Source: Camelus dromedarius (taxonomy: Eukaryota). From it: a DNA stretch of 64,000 bases. The position numbers and the translations under genes are program-made. Shown piece by piece: positions 12,354 through 24,184 of the stretch (position 1 is its first letter; each line of letters opens with the position of its first letter). The stretch spans positions 81,160,001 through 81,224,000 of the forward strand of contig NC_087437.1 of the NCBI RefSeq assembly GCF_036321535.1, given 5' to 3'. The notes beneath the pieces were generated by a model that made no database searches, was not told where the DNA came from, and was given only the letters and a program-made list of their open reading frames with translations.

Positions 12354-13954
12354 TTCCAAATTTTTCATAGGCCATTTCTCATAAAACAGCTTTATATGGA
12401 CTATTGGCAAATTACCATTTGGGGTTCAGGCATGAGTACGTTGATCTTATGTCTCCAAATCAAATTAAAACTAGTCAGTCAACTCCCACCTGATAGATTA
12501 GTAAAAACAACTGGACAGTGAAAACCCAATGTATTTTCCTTAGGACTCTATCACTGCCCCCAGCTTTCAAAATTCCGCAGAGTGACTGGTGCAGTCCCCC
12601 TGGAGGCCCATCCACCTTCCACATGCAGGGCGGCTTCGTTGCATTCTCGGCCACCTCACTGCACTGAGCCCTGTTGTGGGCTGGTCCTCTACCCCCGTAT
12701 CAAGCGGCCCAAGTCCCCGCGTGCGCCAGCGCAGCTGCTCAGAGGAGACCCCTTCTATGAACAGGCCCCTGGCTCAGTGCCCAGTGTTCTCCTTGCTGGG
12801 TCCGTATGGCGGCAGCTCAGGGGTCTCATTCTCCATCCCGGCGGCATTCCTAAGACTCCATTCCCCTCAAAAGAGCAAGAGGAGATTCCAGCCTCCACTG
12901 GGGACCCAGAAGGGAGAGTTCTCTTCCCCTTAATGGGGATGAACCAAGGATTAAGCCTCAATGGTCTTAAACCTCCAAATCACAATAGAAATAATCTGGC
13001 TTCTTTTTTTTTTAATCGAAAATAAACCTAATTACTGACAAAAGATGTTTATGGACCATCATCTTTAACAGGCTCAAAGTTACCTGGAAATTCATGTTGA
13101 TCTTGAAACACCTCTCTGGGCCTTGAGTGTCTGAGATGGTGTCTGCTTTCCCTGACTGAGTCCAAAGGAACCCAGACCTTGAAGGCAGAGTGATGTGAGC
13201 AGAGTGGTGGCTGGCCCTCTCCTGTCAGAGGAAAGCCTGCATACCCTCCGTGGGTCTGATCTGTAGCAAGACATTTGCAAGCCAGCTGTCTTTAGAGTGT
13301 GGAGAAGGTGGCTCTCTGTACCTGATGGTTTCAGGGACAGAGGGAAAAGAGGGCACTAGGCCAAAAGATCTTCTCCATTTGATACTTGATGCCCTGTGTG
13401 TATTTAGCAAAGGACAGATGCTTTTCTTACATAATTAAAATAGAACAGGTCACGAGTAGGGGTACTGTATTAACATGACTTTGCTCAGGCTGTGTGTAAA
13501 TGGTTGTTTTTGTGATCCTTTCTGAGAACAAATGACTGTAAGATGGAAGAGGACAACCGTGTTCAGTAAAGTGAGGAGGCATCTCAAAGAGGGGCATGAA
13601 TGTGGGAACTTTCCGTTGTTCCAACTCACTGTTCTGGCAAAGCTGGCCTTATGTGTAAATATTCCAGTAATACTTCCAATCCACTGCTTCATTTTAGTTA
13701 TTCCCACATCATTGGATGAGGAGAACATGTAATATAGTTGGTTACATCATTCTTTAGGTAAATAAACAATCTATGTCTCAGACATTCAAAAATGCAGAAT
13801 CTGGTTCATTTTTAAAAACATAAAATCACAGTGTAACATTTTAAAGTATATAGTAATAAAAGGGACAGAAAAATGAAAGTTGAATATTCTGTTAAAGCCA
13901 GGGAGAGTTACTCAACAGAAATGTATGTGTAAGGCCCTTGACGTTTAAAAGATG

Positions 13955-14810
13955 TGGTTCAGATATTTTAAGATATATTTTATCATGTTAAGGAAGTATT
14001 CCATTGACTCCGTATTAAGAGTTGATGTCAAATTTTGTCAAATGCCTTTTCAGCACTTGTGGAAATTGGCACTGATTTTTTTCTCTCCCTCTTTATGTTA
14101 CATATTGTGCATAATGTGTTTATTATGTACAATAAACTACACTTGGCCATAATGTATTATTGTATTATGCTGCCAGAATCAGCTTGTCAGTATATTTTAT
14201 AGGATTTTTTGCATTAATATTTGTGAGCATGTATTGTTAAAGAAAAATTATTCAGTGACACTTGTTAAAGATGGCAAGGAAGACGATTCAGTGGGGAGGA
14301 GGTTCTTGCAATAGGTATAGGATCTTTAGTCAGGGAGAGATTTGGCTCAACTCCAAATACAACATGGAGAAGTGGGAATTATAGCCAAGGAGTGAGTGGA
14401 CAGAAAATTACTAAGAGGAAACATCAGGGGTCAGGGAGGATTCTGGCTAAACTGACCTAACAAGGTTCTTGTTGAAGGCAGGCCAGGGTGGTCAGGTGTT
14501 CAGGTATCACCTGTGAGGGGATGGAGGATGAGGAACCTGACTGATGGTCAGGTCTAGAAGATGGGGGATTCTGGCTGAACCATCTCAGCAGGACTCTTTC
14601 TAAAACTGGACCACATGGAAATGAATGTGGAAGCCCAAAAGTCAGGGTCTCGTTGAGCAGGAGCTCAGAAGAGCCTGATTTAAGTTTGGTCAAGGGAGAA
14701 TCTTTGTCAGGATGGCGTGTGATTTTCTTTTTTTGTGAATTTTTGCATTTTGAAACCTTTGGTGCTTGCTTTTAAAAAAAACGGTTTTGGACATTTTCCT
14801 TTTGGACTAT
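13955..14810 (-). mobile_element. Degraded old L1 ORF2-region fragment interrupted by an LTR
   Basis: 'tttatcatgttaaggaagtattcc...aattttgtcaaatgccttttcagca...gtattttataggattttttgcat' resembles antisense L1M sequence and continues after 14710. Confidence 0.6.
14235..14709 (-). mobile_element. ERV1 solo LTR, MER31-like
   Basis: TG...CA termini. The reverse complement starts 'tgacaaagattctcccttgaccaaacttaaatcaggctc'. Near 4-bp TSD gtat/ggat. Confidence 0.8.
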
Positions 14811-16939
14811 GTCTTCAGGGCTCTTAGGACACAAACTTCTGCTTTTAAGACCCCATCATGATCAGCATCATAGCTGCCATTGAATTAGAACTGTCTGTAA
14901 TTAATCATCACTGAAAGCCCCATGAGCCCAGGTACTCTGATTTTTCCTACTTCGCACGTGAGGAAAGCGGGTGCACTGATGTTATGTACTTTTCCTCGTC
15001 CTGGTAACTAGCTGAGTGGATTTGATTGCAGGCTCCAGAATCCATGCTCTTATTCCCAGAAATTTAGTTTGACATGAAACCAAATTATTTAAAAAATGGC
15101 AGAGGTAAAATAAATTATTTTGTTTTTTCAAGCCCCTTACCTGATTTCCTTTTGGATCATCCTGGCTTGTTGGATGGTGGTTTTGTGGAAACTTGCACGG
15201 CAGGAAAAAAAAAAAACCCTCCCTAGAATGACAGCATCCTAAAGCAGTGCGGCTTGCAGTGCAGATGTCCCCTAATAAAAATGTGAGAATTAGGATTTAT
15301 TGAGCAAAGTGATTATGGGAGGATTATTTGCATTACAAAAAAAAATCTAGGACTTTATAAAGGATTTCGGTAGCACCTTTCCTTAAGCAGGATGTTGTCC
15401 CTGTCCTCCACCATAGGGCATTTAAGATATGAAGCAAATCAGATGTACTTAGTGTGCAACATTGTATAGGCTTAACTGTCAGGAATGGAAAGTTTGTTAA
15501 GGTAATTGCATTCTATATAAGTTTTCTTAATAATACACATTTTCTAAATAAAGAAGTAGTAGATTTTGGCATGTGTTGCCAACATTTATAATCAGGCTAA
15601 AGTGTATATATTTCCAGACCGCTACAAATCCTCAAAGAATTTCATAGTGCAGAACAGAAATAGAAATCCTGTTTTTCAGTTGTTTTATTTTTCCATGTCT
15701 GTGTTACCAACTGAGTGTAAAGGCTGCTGAAATACAAAATTTCAGCATCATTTGGAAGTTTTTAATGAGCAGTGAGAGCCAGCATATGCACCCAAGTCCT
15801 GACGTCTGTTCCAATTTGTAATTGGTTGTAATAGCCTATACTTTATGTGAAATGACTGCAATTATTAACAAAAATTACTTTAAAATTGCTCATATAACCG
15901 TATGTCTTGGATCATGGCACTATCTTTGGCTTCTATATGGGTTATTTTTCTAGATTTTCAGGACTTTTTAAACAACCAAGGCATAGTTGAATCAATGTGT
16001 ATCAAGGAGGGAAATGAAAGGCTAGCCCTGAGCCACTGCCACAGTGGGAACAATTTTAGAAAAATGGGGATTTAGCTTTGTTTTCTAGAAGTGAATTCCA
16101 AAGACTTATTAAAAAGGGCATTTTGGGGACAAGATTAAGATAGCTACATAATTTGCAGTGAAATAAAAACACAGGGTCTGTGGTTCAAAAACAAGGGGAA
16201 AGATGTCATTAAATGTACTGAAATATAAAGTTTTTTCCTTTCTCCCACTTTTTCTCAACTCATCATGGTGCTATTTTATTTGCTATATAATGTCATTTAA
16301 GTAAAGAAAAATCAGGACTTTAAATTATTAGTATAAATATTACCATTATCTTTTGTGCAATGCCTGTTTTAAATGCAACTATAAGAGCCTTTAACTCCTA
16401 AGCAACAAAACTGAAATTACATAGTTTGCATTTTGCAGTTCATATGTGCCTACGTACTTTATTCTAGCCACACCAGCGGAAAGGCACAAAACTGAACTTT
16501 TTTGATACATGCGCATCCTACTAATACTCTGCTTGTGAGTGAGAGAGAACTGAAAAGAAGGAATCGGGTGTTGCTCTAACTTTCCCTTTTCCCTTTGGGT
16601 CATAATTTTCAGTGTAAGTGGCTGGCTAACACAGGGAAGAAATTTGAATAAGAAAGGATGTGATAGAATTCTTGGTCATTTTTGTTGCTTAAAATGCCAT
16701 TGTCTTCTTTCTGCATCTGAAGCAAGTTCTGGTTCTAATGGAAAGTGTGGCCTCACAGGGCTGTTGGTGTCCCCTCCCCAGGCTTGTACTCAGTCATCAA
16801 TGCAATATGCTTACCGTACTCGGCTTCTGAGTCTTACTGGACTCCCACACATCATGGGCCCTTTGGAATGCTATGCTAGTGGGCACCTTGAATGCTACAC
16901 GTGGATGGAAGGAAGTACAGACATGCTCACACTCATGAC

Positions 16940-17088
16940 CCGTTGGATGGCCCTTGCAAAACACAGATTCAAAGATAAAAGTGTTAAGAACTTCAAGATG
17001 GTGACAGCAGGCTATTCAACCAAGCATGGAACCCTTCTGAGCATGGGGTCCTATGTGACTGTACATGTTGTCCGTAAGGCTGCCTCTG
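16940..17088 (-). mobile_element. hAT-Tip100 (MER91/Zaphod-like) terminal fragment
   Basis: 'ttcaaagataaaagtgttaagaacttcaagatggtgacagcag...accaagcatggaacccttctgagcatggggtcc' is the reverse of the MER91-family 5' end. Confidence 0.65.
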
Positions 17089-18633
17089 TCTCAGAGACTG
17101 AGTCTGTAAGTTGGGGTAAGAATAGTACTTGTCAGGTAGGATTGCCATGAGGAGTGATAAGTGATGAATACAAAGTGTTGAACGAGTATTTGGCATGTGG
17201 AGAATACTCAGTACACGGTAGTTTCTTAATACCTATATTGTTCCATATCCCAAATAAAATCCAAAAATGTTATTGTATTCCTACTAGACAACTTGACTTA
17301 GGTTGAGCTTTCCTTATATAACCTCTGCTAAGCAAGACAGGCTTTCAAACAGGTGAGACTGAAACACGGTGAACGTTCCTTGATCTGTGTTGCGGTCATT
17401 AGGCACCAATACGATAAATGAGCAAAGCTCTGAGGTCAGTTCAAGAGGTTACCTGGTTTACCTTTTGCAGTGGTAATTGCTGTGGCGATTATAGCAAATA
17501 GGGCTCTGTGGGGTGTCCAGGAAAAAGACAAAGGCTCGAGTCATTAAACGTGGTGGAATTGCCAGGTTGTCTCTGAGAATGAAGTCAGCCCTGCAAAGCC
17601 TTGGGCAGAGAAGGCCTCTGTTCCAAGCACATCTTGGGAAAGGGGGAGAGGGGAGACATTTGAATAAAAACAAAACAAAGATATGAGATCTGCCTGGACA
17701 AGTAGAAGTGAACTCTGATTGACTCCAGCATCCAAATGAAGTTTGGTGTAGAATAAGGTTCAGGATCCAAAGTTACTGTAGAAATATTGTAGATAATACC
17801 CATCAACCAATTGATTAATCCTGTGGAACTGTTTATACAATGTTATTTTGTATGTCCAAAATGTCTTTGGCTTACATATATACTGTGTATTTAAATCAAC
17901 CATTCATCTTGAAAACATCAATTACAAAATTCTCCAAGAAATTATTAGCCCTTGATTGAATTAGCACATATTGGTTGTTTAAATATTTTCTTTAAAAGCT
18001 AAATATTTTTAAAAGAGATTTTATATTTTCAATTGGTATATCTTGGGTGAAAATTAGATCAACTTGTGACTTTGTCTAAAAATTGTTTATGAAAATGATT
18101 GGTTGGATATGGTAACGGGGTAAAAAATTATGCAAACAGGATAAAAATAGGACATTATAAATATTCAGATCCCCAAGAAAGTGAGTGATTTTAAATCATA
18201 CACCAGATGACACCCATGTGTCCTGAGCAAGTAGGATTTTCCCTGATTTTGAAGCACCAGGCTGACCCTGCGTGAGGAATAGGGTAACAGAAGAGATATG
18301 AGCTGATTTTTCAAAAAAATCTCTTTGCTAAGAAAAGGATTGATGAAACTGTGGCATGAAATCTGTGTCTGGCTTGATACTTTTTATGACCTCTCTCCCA
18401 GTCCTGACCACTGGGTTTTGAAAATCTGGATTTAATTTTCTTTTAAAAAACCCAATGGCTGAAACTATCCCAAGAAGGGTGAACTTTTGGAATTCCTGGG
18501 CCCTCTCACCCAATGGTGCTGTGGGTACGATGACTAAAGCTGGGGAACATTGAGTCAGCAACGGGTGTGCTGTCCTGAATGCTGCTCGTTCTCAGAGAAT
18601 CTCACTGATAAATAATATGCTTATTGTTTCCAG

Positions 18634-18702
18634 ATGCGGAGCCGAAATATCTGATTGTCGTGCGACCTGCTCCTCCCCCCAGTCAAAAGAAGTCATGCTC
18701 AG
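18634..18702 (+). CDS. ABI3BP: ABI3BP coding exon (approx. exon 3), 69 bp, phase 1-1: (D)[22 protein letters not shown](G)
   Basis: Acceptor tgtttccAG at 18632-33 and donor GTattt at 18703. The peptide matches the mammalian TARSH N-terminal sequence as I recall it. Confidence 0.96.
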
Positions 18703-18755
18703 GTATTTTTTTGTTTGATTTTTTAATTATTATTATCTTTAGACCATGCCTTTTC

Positions 18756-19257
18756 AAAATCCTCACCAAAATATTAGCAAATAGAATCCAACAACATATA
18801 AAAAAGATGATACATCATGACCAAGTGGGGTTCATCCCAGGGACACAAGGGTGGTTCAGCGTACGCAAATCAATCAGTGTAATACATCACATCAACAAGA
18901 GAAAGGACAAAAACCACATGATCATCTCAATCGATGCAGAAAAAGCATTTGATAAAATTCAACACCCATTTATGATAAAAACTCTCGCCAAAGTGGGTAT
19001 AGAGGGAACATATCTCAACATAATAAAAGCTGTATATGACAAACCTACAGCCAGCATAGTACTCAACGGTGAAAAACTCAAAAGCTTCCCACTAAAATCT
19101 GGGACAAGACAAGGATGCCCACTATCACCACTCCTATTCAACATAGTCCTGGAAGTCCTAGCCACAGCAGTCAGGCAAGAAAAGGAAATAAAAGGGATCA
19201 AAATTGGAAAAGAAGAGGTAAAAGTGTCATTATATGCCGATGACATGTTACTATATA
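18756..19257 (+). mobile_element. Young L1 ORF2 internal fragment (reverse transcriptase core, [10 protein letters not shown]...[10 protein letters not shown]...YADDMLLYI), no 3' UTR or poly(A), flanked by 16-bp direct repeat tagaccatgccttttc
   Basis: Uninterrupted ORF with the L1 RT motifs [15 protein letters not shown] and YADD. Identical repeats at 18740-18755 and 19258-19273. Confidence 0.97.
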
Positions 19258-19394
19258 TAGACCATGCCTTTTCGTCTCTGCTATCCATGGAGCCCAAGTG
19301 CCTTGGGGATGCCTTAGGGATGTAGATGGGAAGATGCACAGCGTCCAGCAGGCCCCCTGTCAATGGATGACCCTGCCTGGGGAGCAGCATAACC

Positions 19395-19575
19395 TGGTGG
19401 TAGGGGCTCCTAGGATTTATCCTGGCACCACCACGTACAAACTGCAGGAGATCAGGCAAGTTACGGAACCCCTCTGCTCTCCAGTCTGCTGCACAGTAGG
19501 GTCTCGGTGAGGACAAGTTCAGGGACGTGCGACATGCAGGACAGGCCTGGCCCATAGCCAGTGCTCGTGTAGAGT
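19395..19575 (+). mobile_element. MIR SINE fragment
   Basis: 'cctaggatttatcctggcaccaccac...aggcaagttac...cctctgctctccagt...gcctggcccatag'. Confidence 0.55.
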
Positions 19576-19924
19576 TCCCTCCCATTGGCCTGCCTCTGTT
19601 TTGCGAAGTGTGAACACTTTCAGACTTTTGGGACAAAATTTGATGTCTAAACTTTGCTGAAGGAACTGTGAACATTTCAAAAGCATAACTTATTTACATA
19701 TGTGTTAAATGGGTGGGAACTTAGATTTTATTTACTCTTCATCCTTCTAAATTTCTTGTATTTAGTCAAACAAACAAACAAAAAAAGACTCTTTCGTAAA
19801 ACAGCAGCACAACACCCATCTTCCCAGGGCTGAGAAGACTTGAAATAGGAAAGAGGATATTGTGTGTATAAATTAGTCATACGGAAATGTTTATACTTAA
19901 GGAAGACTGAAATCCTATGTTGTA

Positions 19925-20142
19925 TAAGTTTGGGAGGTGAGATTTGTAAATGTTAGCCACTATATATAAAAATAGATTAAAAACTTCTTCTATATTGCAC
20001 ATATTGAACTATATTCAATATCTTATAATAACCTTTAATAAAAATGAATATGAAAATGTATGTATGTATATGCATAATTGGGACTTTGTGCTGTACACCA
20101 GAAATTGACCCATTGTAACTGGCTGTACTTCAATTAAAAAAA
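19925..20142 (+). mobile_element. 5'-truncated young L1 3' UTR with poly(A) and 15-bp TSD aaatcctatgttgta (19910-19924 / 20143-20157)
   Basis: 'gctgtacaccagaaattgac...tgtaactggctgtacttcaattaaaaaaaa'. The direct repeat is exact. Confidence 0.92.
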
Positions 20143-20308
20143 AAATCCTATGTTGTACCAATTTTACTGCTTAAATTTCTTCTCAGGTCAAATAAGCAAG
20201 CCCTTGACATTAGGAAGGACCAATAGAGCTGTGAATATGCTTTTTTTTTCCCCTTTTAAAGATTAAACTATAGTCAGTTTACAATGTGGTGTCAACTTCT
20301 GGTGTACA

Positions 20309-20381
20309 AGGAAATTCCAAGGAATTTAGGAGCCCTTTGTCAGATGCCAGGTCAGATAGATGTATTTCTTATTATTTTACA
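20309..20381 (-). mobile_element. Truncated ERV LTR end, MER21-like
   Basis: 'gaaattccaaggaatttaggagccctttgtcagatgccagg...atttcttattattttaca' resembles the reverse MER21 terminus as I recall it. Confidence 0.55.
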
Positions 20382-20390
20382 TCCACCTAC

Positions 20391-20715
20391 AAAAATGAAT
20401 ATAAGCAAAACAGAGCTAGACTCACAGACATAGAAAACAAACTTATGTTTACCAGGGAGAGGGGAAGGAGGTGGGAAGGGATAAATTGGGAGTTGGAGAT
20501 TTGCAGATACTAACTAGTATATATAAAATAGATAAACAACAAGTTCATACTGTATATAGCACAGGGAACTATATTTAACATCTTGTAGTAACTTACAGTG
20601 AAAAAGAATATGAAAACAAATATATGTATGTTCATGTATGACTGAAACATTATGCTGTACACCAGAAATTGACTCAACATTATAAACTGACTATATACTT
20701 CAATAAAGGAAAAAA
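20391..20715 (+). mobile_element. Young L1 3' UTR fragment
   Basis: 'agactcacagacatagaaaacaaacttatg...gcacagggaactatatt...gctgtacaccagaaattgac...tatacttcaataaaggaaaaaa'. Confidence 0.9.
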
Positions 20716-23700
20716 GTCCAGAACATGTTAGAGCAAAGGCAGTTAATCTGGGATCATTGCCCTTATTTGATGTGGCCACCCCCAGTTGTCACCCTATCCC
20801 AACCCAATGTTTAACCTTGATTAACTTGTGATTCATCAATATGCATTTGGATTAATTTCTTATTTTACTATGTTTCACATTAAATGCATCTGTATACATC
20901 ATCTATACCAATGTTAATATTATCTCAAAAGTGAAACCTCAATTAAAAAAAATCACCATACATACCTGCAAATACATTAGAATATTCAAGAAGTTGACTA
21001 CTTTCTGGAAAAATATGAGTTCTTGAGACATATCTCCAGCAGCTAAAACAAAGGAAAATAAGCAAGGAAGAATATAAAGTTTTTCAAGAATTACTTATAA
21101 AAATCACATATGGACTATGCAAGCAAAGGAACAGCTAACTACAAAAGTTACAAATAGTTCAGAGAATCAAGAATAGAAGAAAATCCGTATTTTGTGAAGG
21201 TAATTTGATTCTGATATCAGAACGTGACACAGATGACACAAAACAAAACCACAAACCAATTTTACTTGCTACTCTTGGCATCAAAACCGTATTTTATTAA
21301 AATATAAATTACTAATTAAAAAGATTTCTGTGTACAGCAAAATGTTTCAGTCATACGTATACATACATATATTCCTTTTCATATTCTTTTTCATTTGAAT
21401 ATGCTTTTCACTCTGATGCCACATCCTTCTAGCTCTGTAGATAGAGTTGATTCCAATGCTTTGCTTTGCTTTTTCATGTTCTAATGGGAACTGTTCTCCA
21501 AATAATTATTTCCTAATCATATTTATCTTTTATGGTACACTGGACGTCACGCAGAAAAAAGGGATCTTTTTTGTTTGTGATCTTTCTTTAATGGATGAGA
21601 AATGTGGGGGGAGCATACAGATATTCAAATACACTGAGCAAAGGAACCCTTCGCAGCTATGTGTCTGTCTCCTAGACGTATCAGCCATGCCTGGCTACCA
21701 GAAGTCATTTGCCACAGTTCCCTTTTCTCCTTCTGTGGGTTTCCACTTTTTAGAGAAGCAGTAAATGTTCGAGTGTTTTGAGGAATACAGATTCCTTTTC
21801 TAGGCCTCTTAGATTATCCCATAGTGCAAGGGAAATTTCAATCAGTACTTACAACTTACTAATGATAGTTATCCAGGCAGCTTTCCATACATGTTAAAAA
21901 AAATGGACTCTCAATATTTTGATTTCAAAATATTTAGCAATAAAGTCAGGAAGCATGTGTATGGTTCTGTGAAATTCTGGCTTCATAGTCACTAAACTTT
22001 TTTTTTTTTTAATGTGATCATAAAACAAATATACAAAAACAAGTAAGGAAAGTCAAGAGAGTCATTGTATCTTAGCAGCAGTTTATAACTTCATTTCACT
22101 TCACTTGGGGGCTTCAATGACACTGGCCTCAGTGATTATTTTTCACTATGTGATGACCGAGTCAGGAAATTGTTTCATCTTGCTCAGGATGTAATACCCC
22201 ACCTTTCCTTTCAGGCAATGGATATCATTTTTGTTTTTGTAATCTGCAATTGAGTGATGTAATGAGTAATGGATTAGCTTCCATTCATTTTATATTTGTG
22301 TTTGCCGTGTAAATTTTAATTATTTAATCATTTTCACATTAAGATCCAAACATTGTGAAATAACTATTTGATGGTCATGTAGACCTTGGGTTCCCCTTGG
22401 GAACGAAAAATAAATCTTTTCTCTAAGTGGCATTATCTTTATCCATTTTTAGCTAAGCCAGCGATGTAGCAAAAAGAAAACCAGGTTACAATTCAGGAGA
22501 CCTGGATTCAGGTCTTGATTTTGCTCTCAGTGTGACATTGAATGCCCTTGAAACTATTCTGGGCCTTGTTTTTCATCTATAAAATGAGACAGTTGCATTG
22601 CACTAGTGAAAATCAACTCAGGGGCAGAAAAAACCATATCAGAATCACCACAGGGCTTTTTCAAACTACACGTGCCCCCTACCCTCACCTCAGATTCTAA
22701 TCTACTGTCCTTGGGGGCCAGACTTAAACCCGCTGAATACCAATCACATGAAGTACTATTACAAGTGGAGCTGGAAAAATTTACGGAGAAGTAAATTTCA
22801 TGTTTGCAACCAACTGGTCAACAACCAGGCTTGAAAATTATTTTAAATATCTTTTAAAAATTCATCTATGTCACAATGAAGTAACTTGCCACCACCAGGT
22901 TATGTATATCATTGTCACAGAGGGCTTTTCTACAGGAGTAGCAATTTGTACAACTTACACCTAACAGAAGCAATAAGCATGGCACGGTTTTCCAGGGCGT
23001 TGGGTTTAGATAACGTTCCCTGAGGTCCACAAGCTCCCACCTACTTTATAAAGGCCACAGGCCTTCTTACTGTTTGGCTCTTACTGCAGTAGATGGAGAT
23101 AACACAAGTTCTTCTTACAGCAAATGCAACATACATAGTCTCATGAAATGACAGGGGGAATCAATGGAAATACAAAGCATATATAGTGTATGTTAGTTCT
23201 ATGTAGTTTTTTATTGGATTTTAAATTAATTAATCATATTGGATTTTTATTTACCCTAAAAACTTTTTTTTGAGCCAGTGTTATTTTCCATGATGAGGAT
23301 CTTCCCTCTTCTTTTTCACTGTCCTCTCATTCCTGTAGTTTCAAATATTTCTGAAAATGCAACTGTCTGCCCTTCTGTATACCTGAAAAGAATCTATAGT
23401 GAATTATCAGCATCACTCTTGGCATTGCCCAAATCCAGTTAGTCTCATCAGAACAACTGTGCTTCCTGTATTGTTTCTACTCTTCTGACATTATTAAAAA
23501 TACGTGCACCTTCTGGGTTTAGATACTCACTGCTTTAAAAAGAAAAAAAGCTATTGCAATGACCTGATGAGGGATTTTACACTTCCAAATAGGTTTAAAT
23601 ATTATATATATGACCTACAACCTAGATGGAAGCTTTCTTTTATTCTAAGATGTTATTTCACACTAATTCATAGTCCTAAACAAATAAGCATAATTTTATT

Positions 23701-24051
23701 TTGACTATAAAAGACAAAAAGTGAGTGTGTATATACTGATATGTATATGTATGTGTGTTTAATTTATTCCACTTTGTATTCATCCCTGACCCACAAGAAA
23801 ATAAAAGGTAGGAATGGATATAGTTTACACGCTTACACACACACACAGACACACATAAATCTCAAAAAATATTTCTTCTGATTCATGCTTAAATTCATGG
23901 GCAAAACATTAGCGATATTTATGCACTGTACGAAAGGAACTTAGTGCTTTCACATTCTTCATCATCTTGCTAAATCATCTTTATGCATTTTACCCAAATC
24001 ATGAAAATATAGAAAATATTACCAGAATTAACCTGTCCGTTACCTCCACAG

Positions 24052-24184
24052 GGAAAGCACGGTCTCGCAAGCCTCTCCAGCTGGTGGTTGGCACCCTGAC
24101 ACCGAGCTCAGTCTTCCTGTCCTGGGGCTTCCTCATCAACCCTAACCACGACTGGACGTTGCCAAGTCAATGTCCCAATGACAG
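24052..24184 (+). CDS. ABI3BP: ABI3BP coding exon (approx. exon 4), 133 bp, phase 1-2: GKARSRKPLQLVVGTLTPSSVFLSWGFLINPNHDWTLPSQCPNDR; start of FN3 domain
   Basis: Acceptor cctccacAG, donor GTaatg. In frame with the previous exon. Carries the FN3-type 'SSVFLSW' motif. Confidence 0.96.

Larger units (their letters stand above)
20245..21395 (-). mobile_element. Short L1 3' UTR fragment (20245-20308 plus 21324-21395) with 13-bp TSD tgaatatgctttt (20232-20244 / 21396-21408), split by a ~1 kb insert
   Basis: The left half 'tatagtcagtttacaatgtggtgtcaacttctggtgtaca' continues as 'tttctgtgtacagcaaaatgtttcagtcatacgtat' on the right. Confidence 0.8.

Noticed and set aside
16644..17150. 168-aa ORF
   Set aside because: Non-ATG start, overlaps a hAT MITE remnant, and resembles no protein I recognise.
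18720..18742. Pyrimidine tract plus TAG just before the L1 fragment as an exonisation acceptor
   Set aside because: Only ~40 nt from the upstream donor, too short for an intron. Joining it to a phase-1 upstream exon would be out of frame with ORF2.
18959..19675. 238-aa minus-strand ORF
   Set aside because: It is the antisense of the L1 fragment plus MIR and unique DNA, with a non-ATG start and no recognisable domain.
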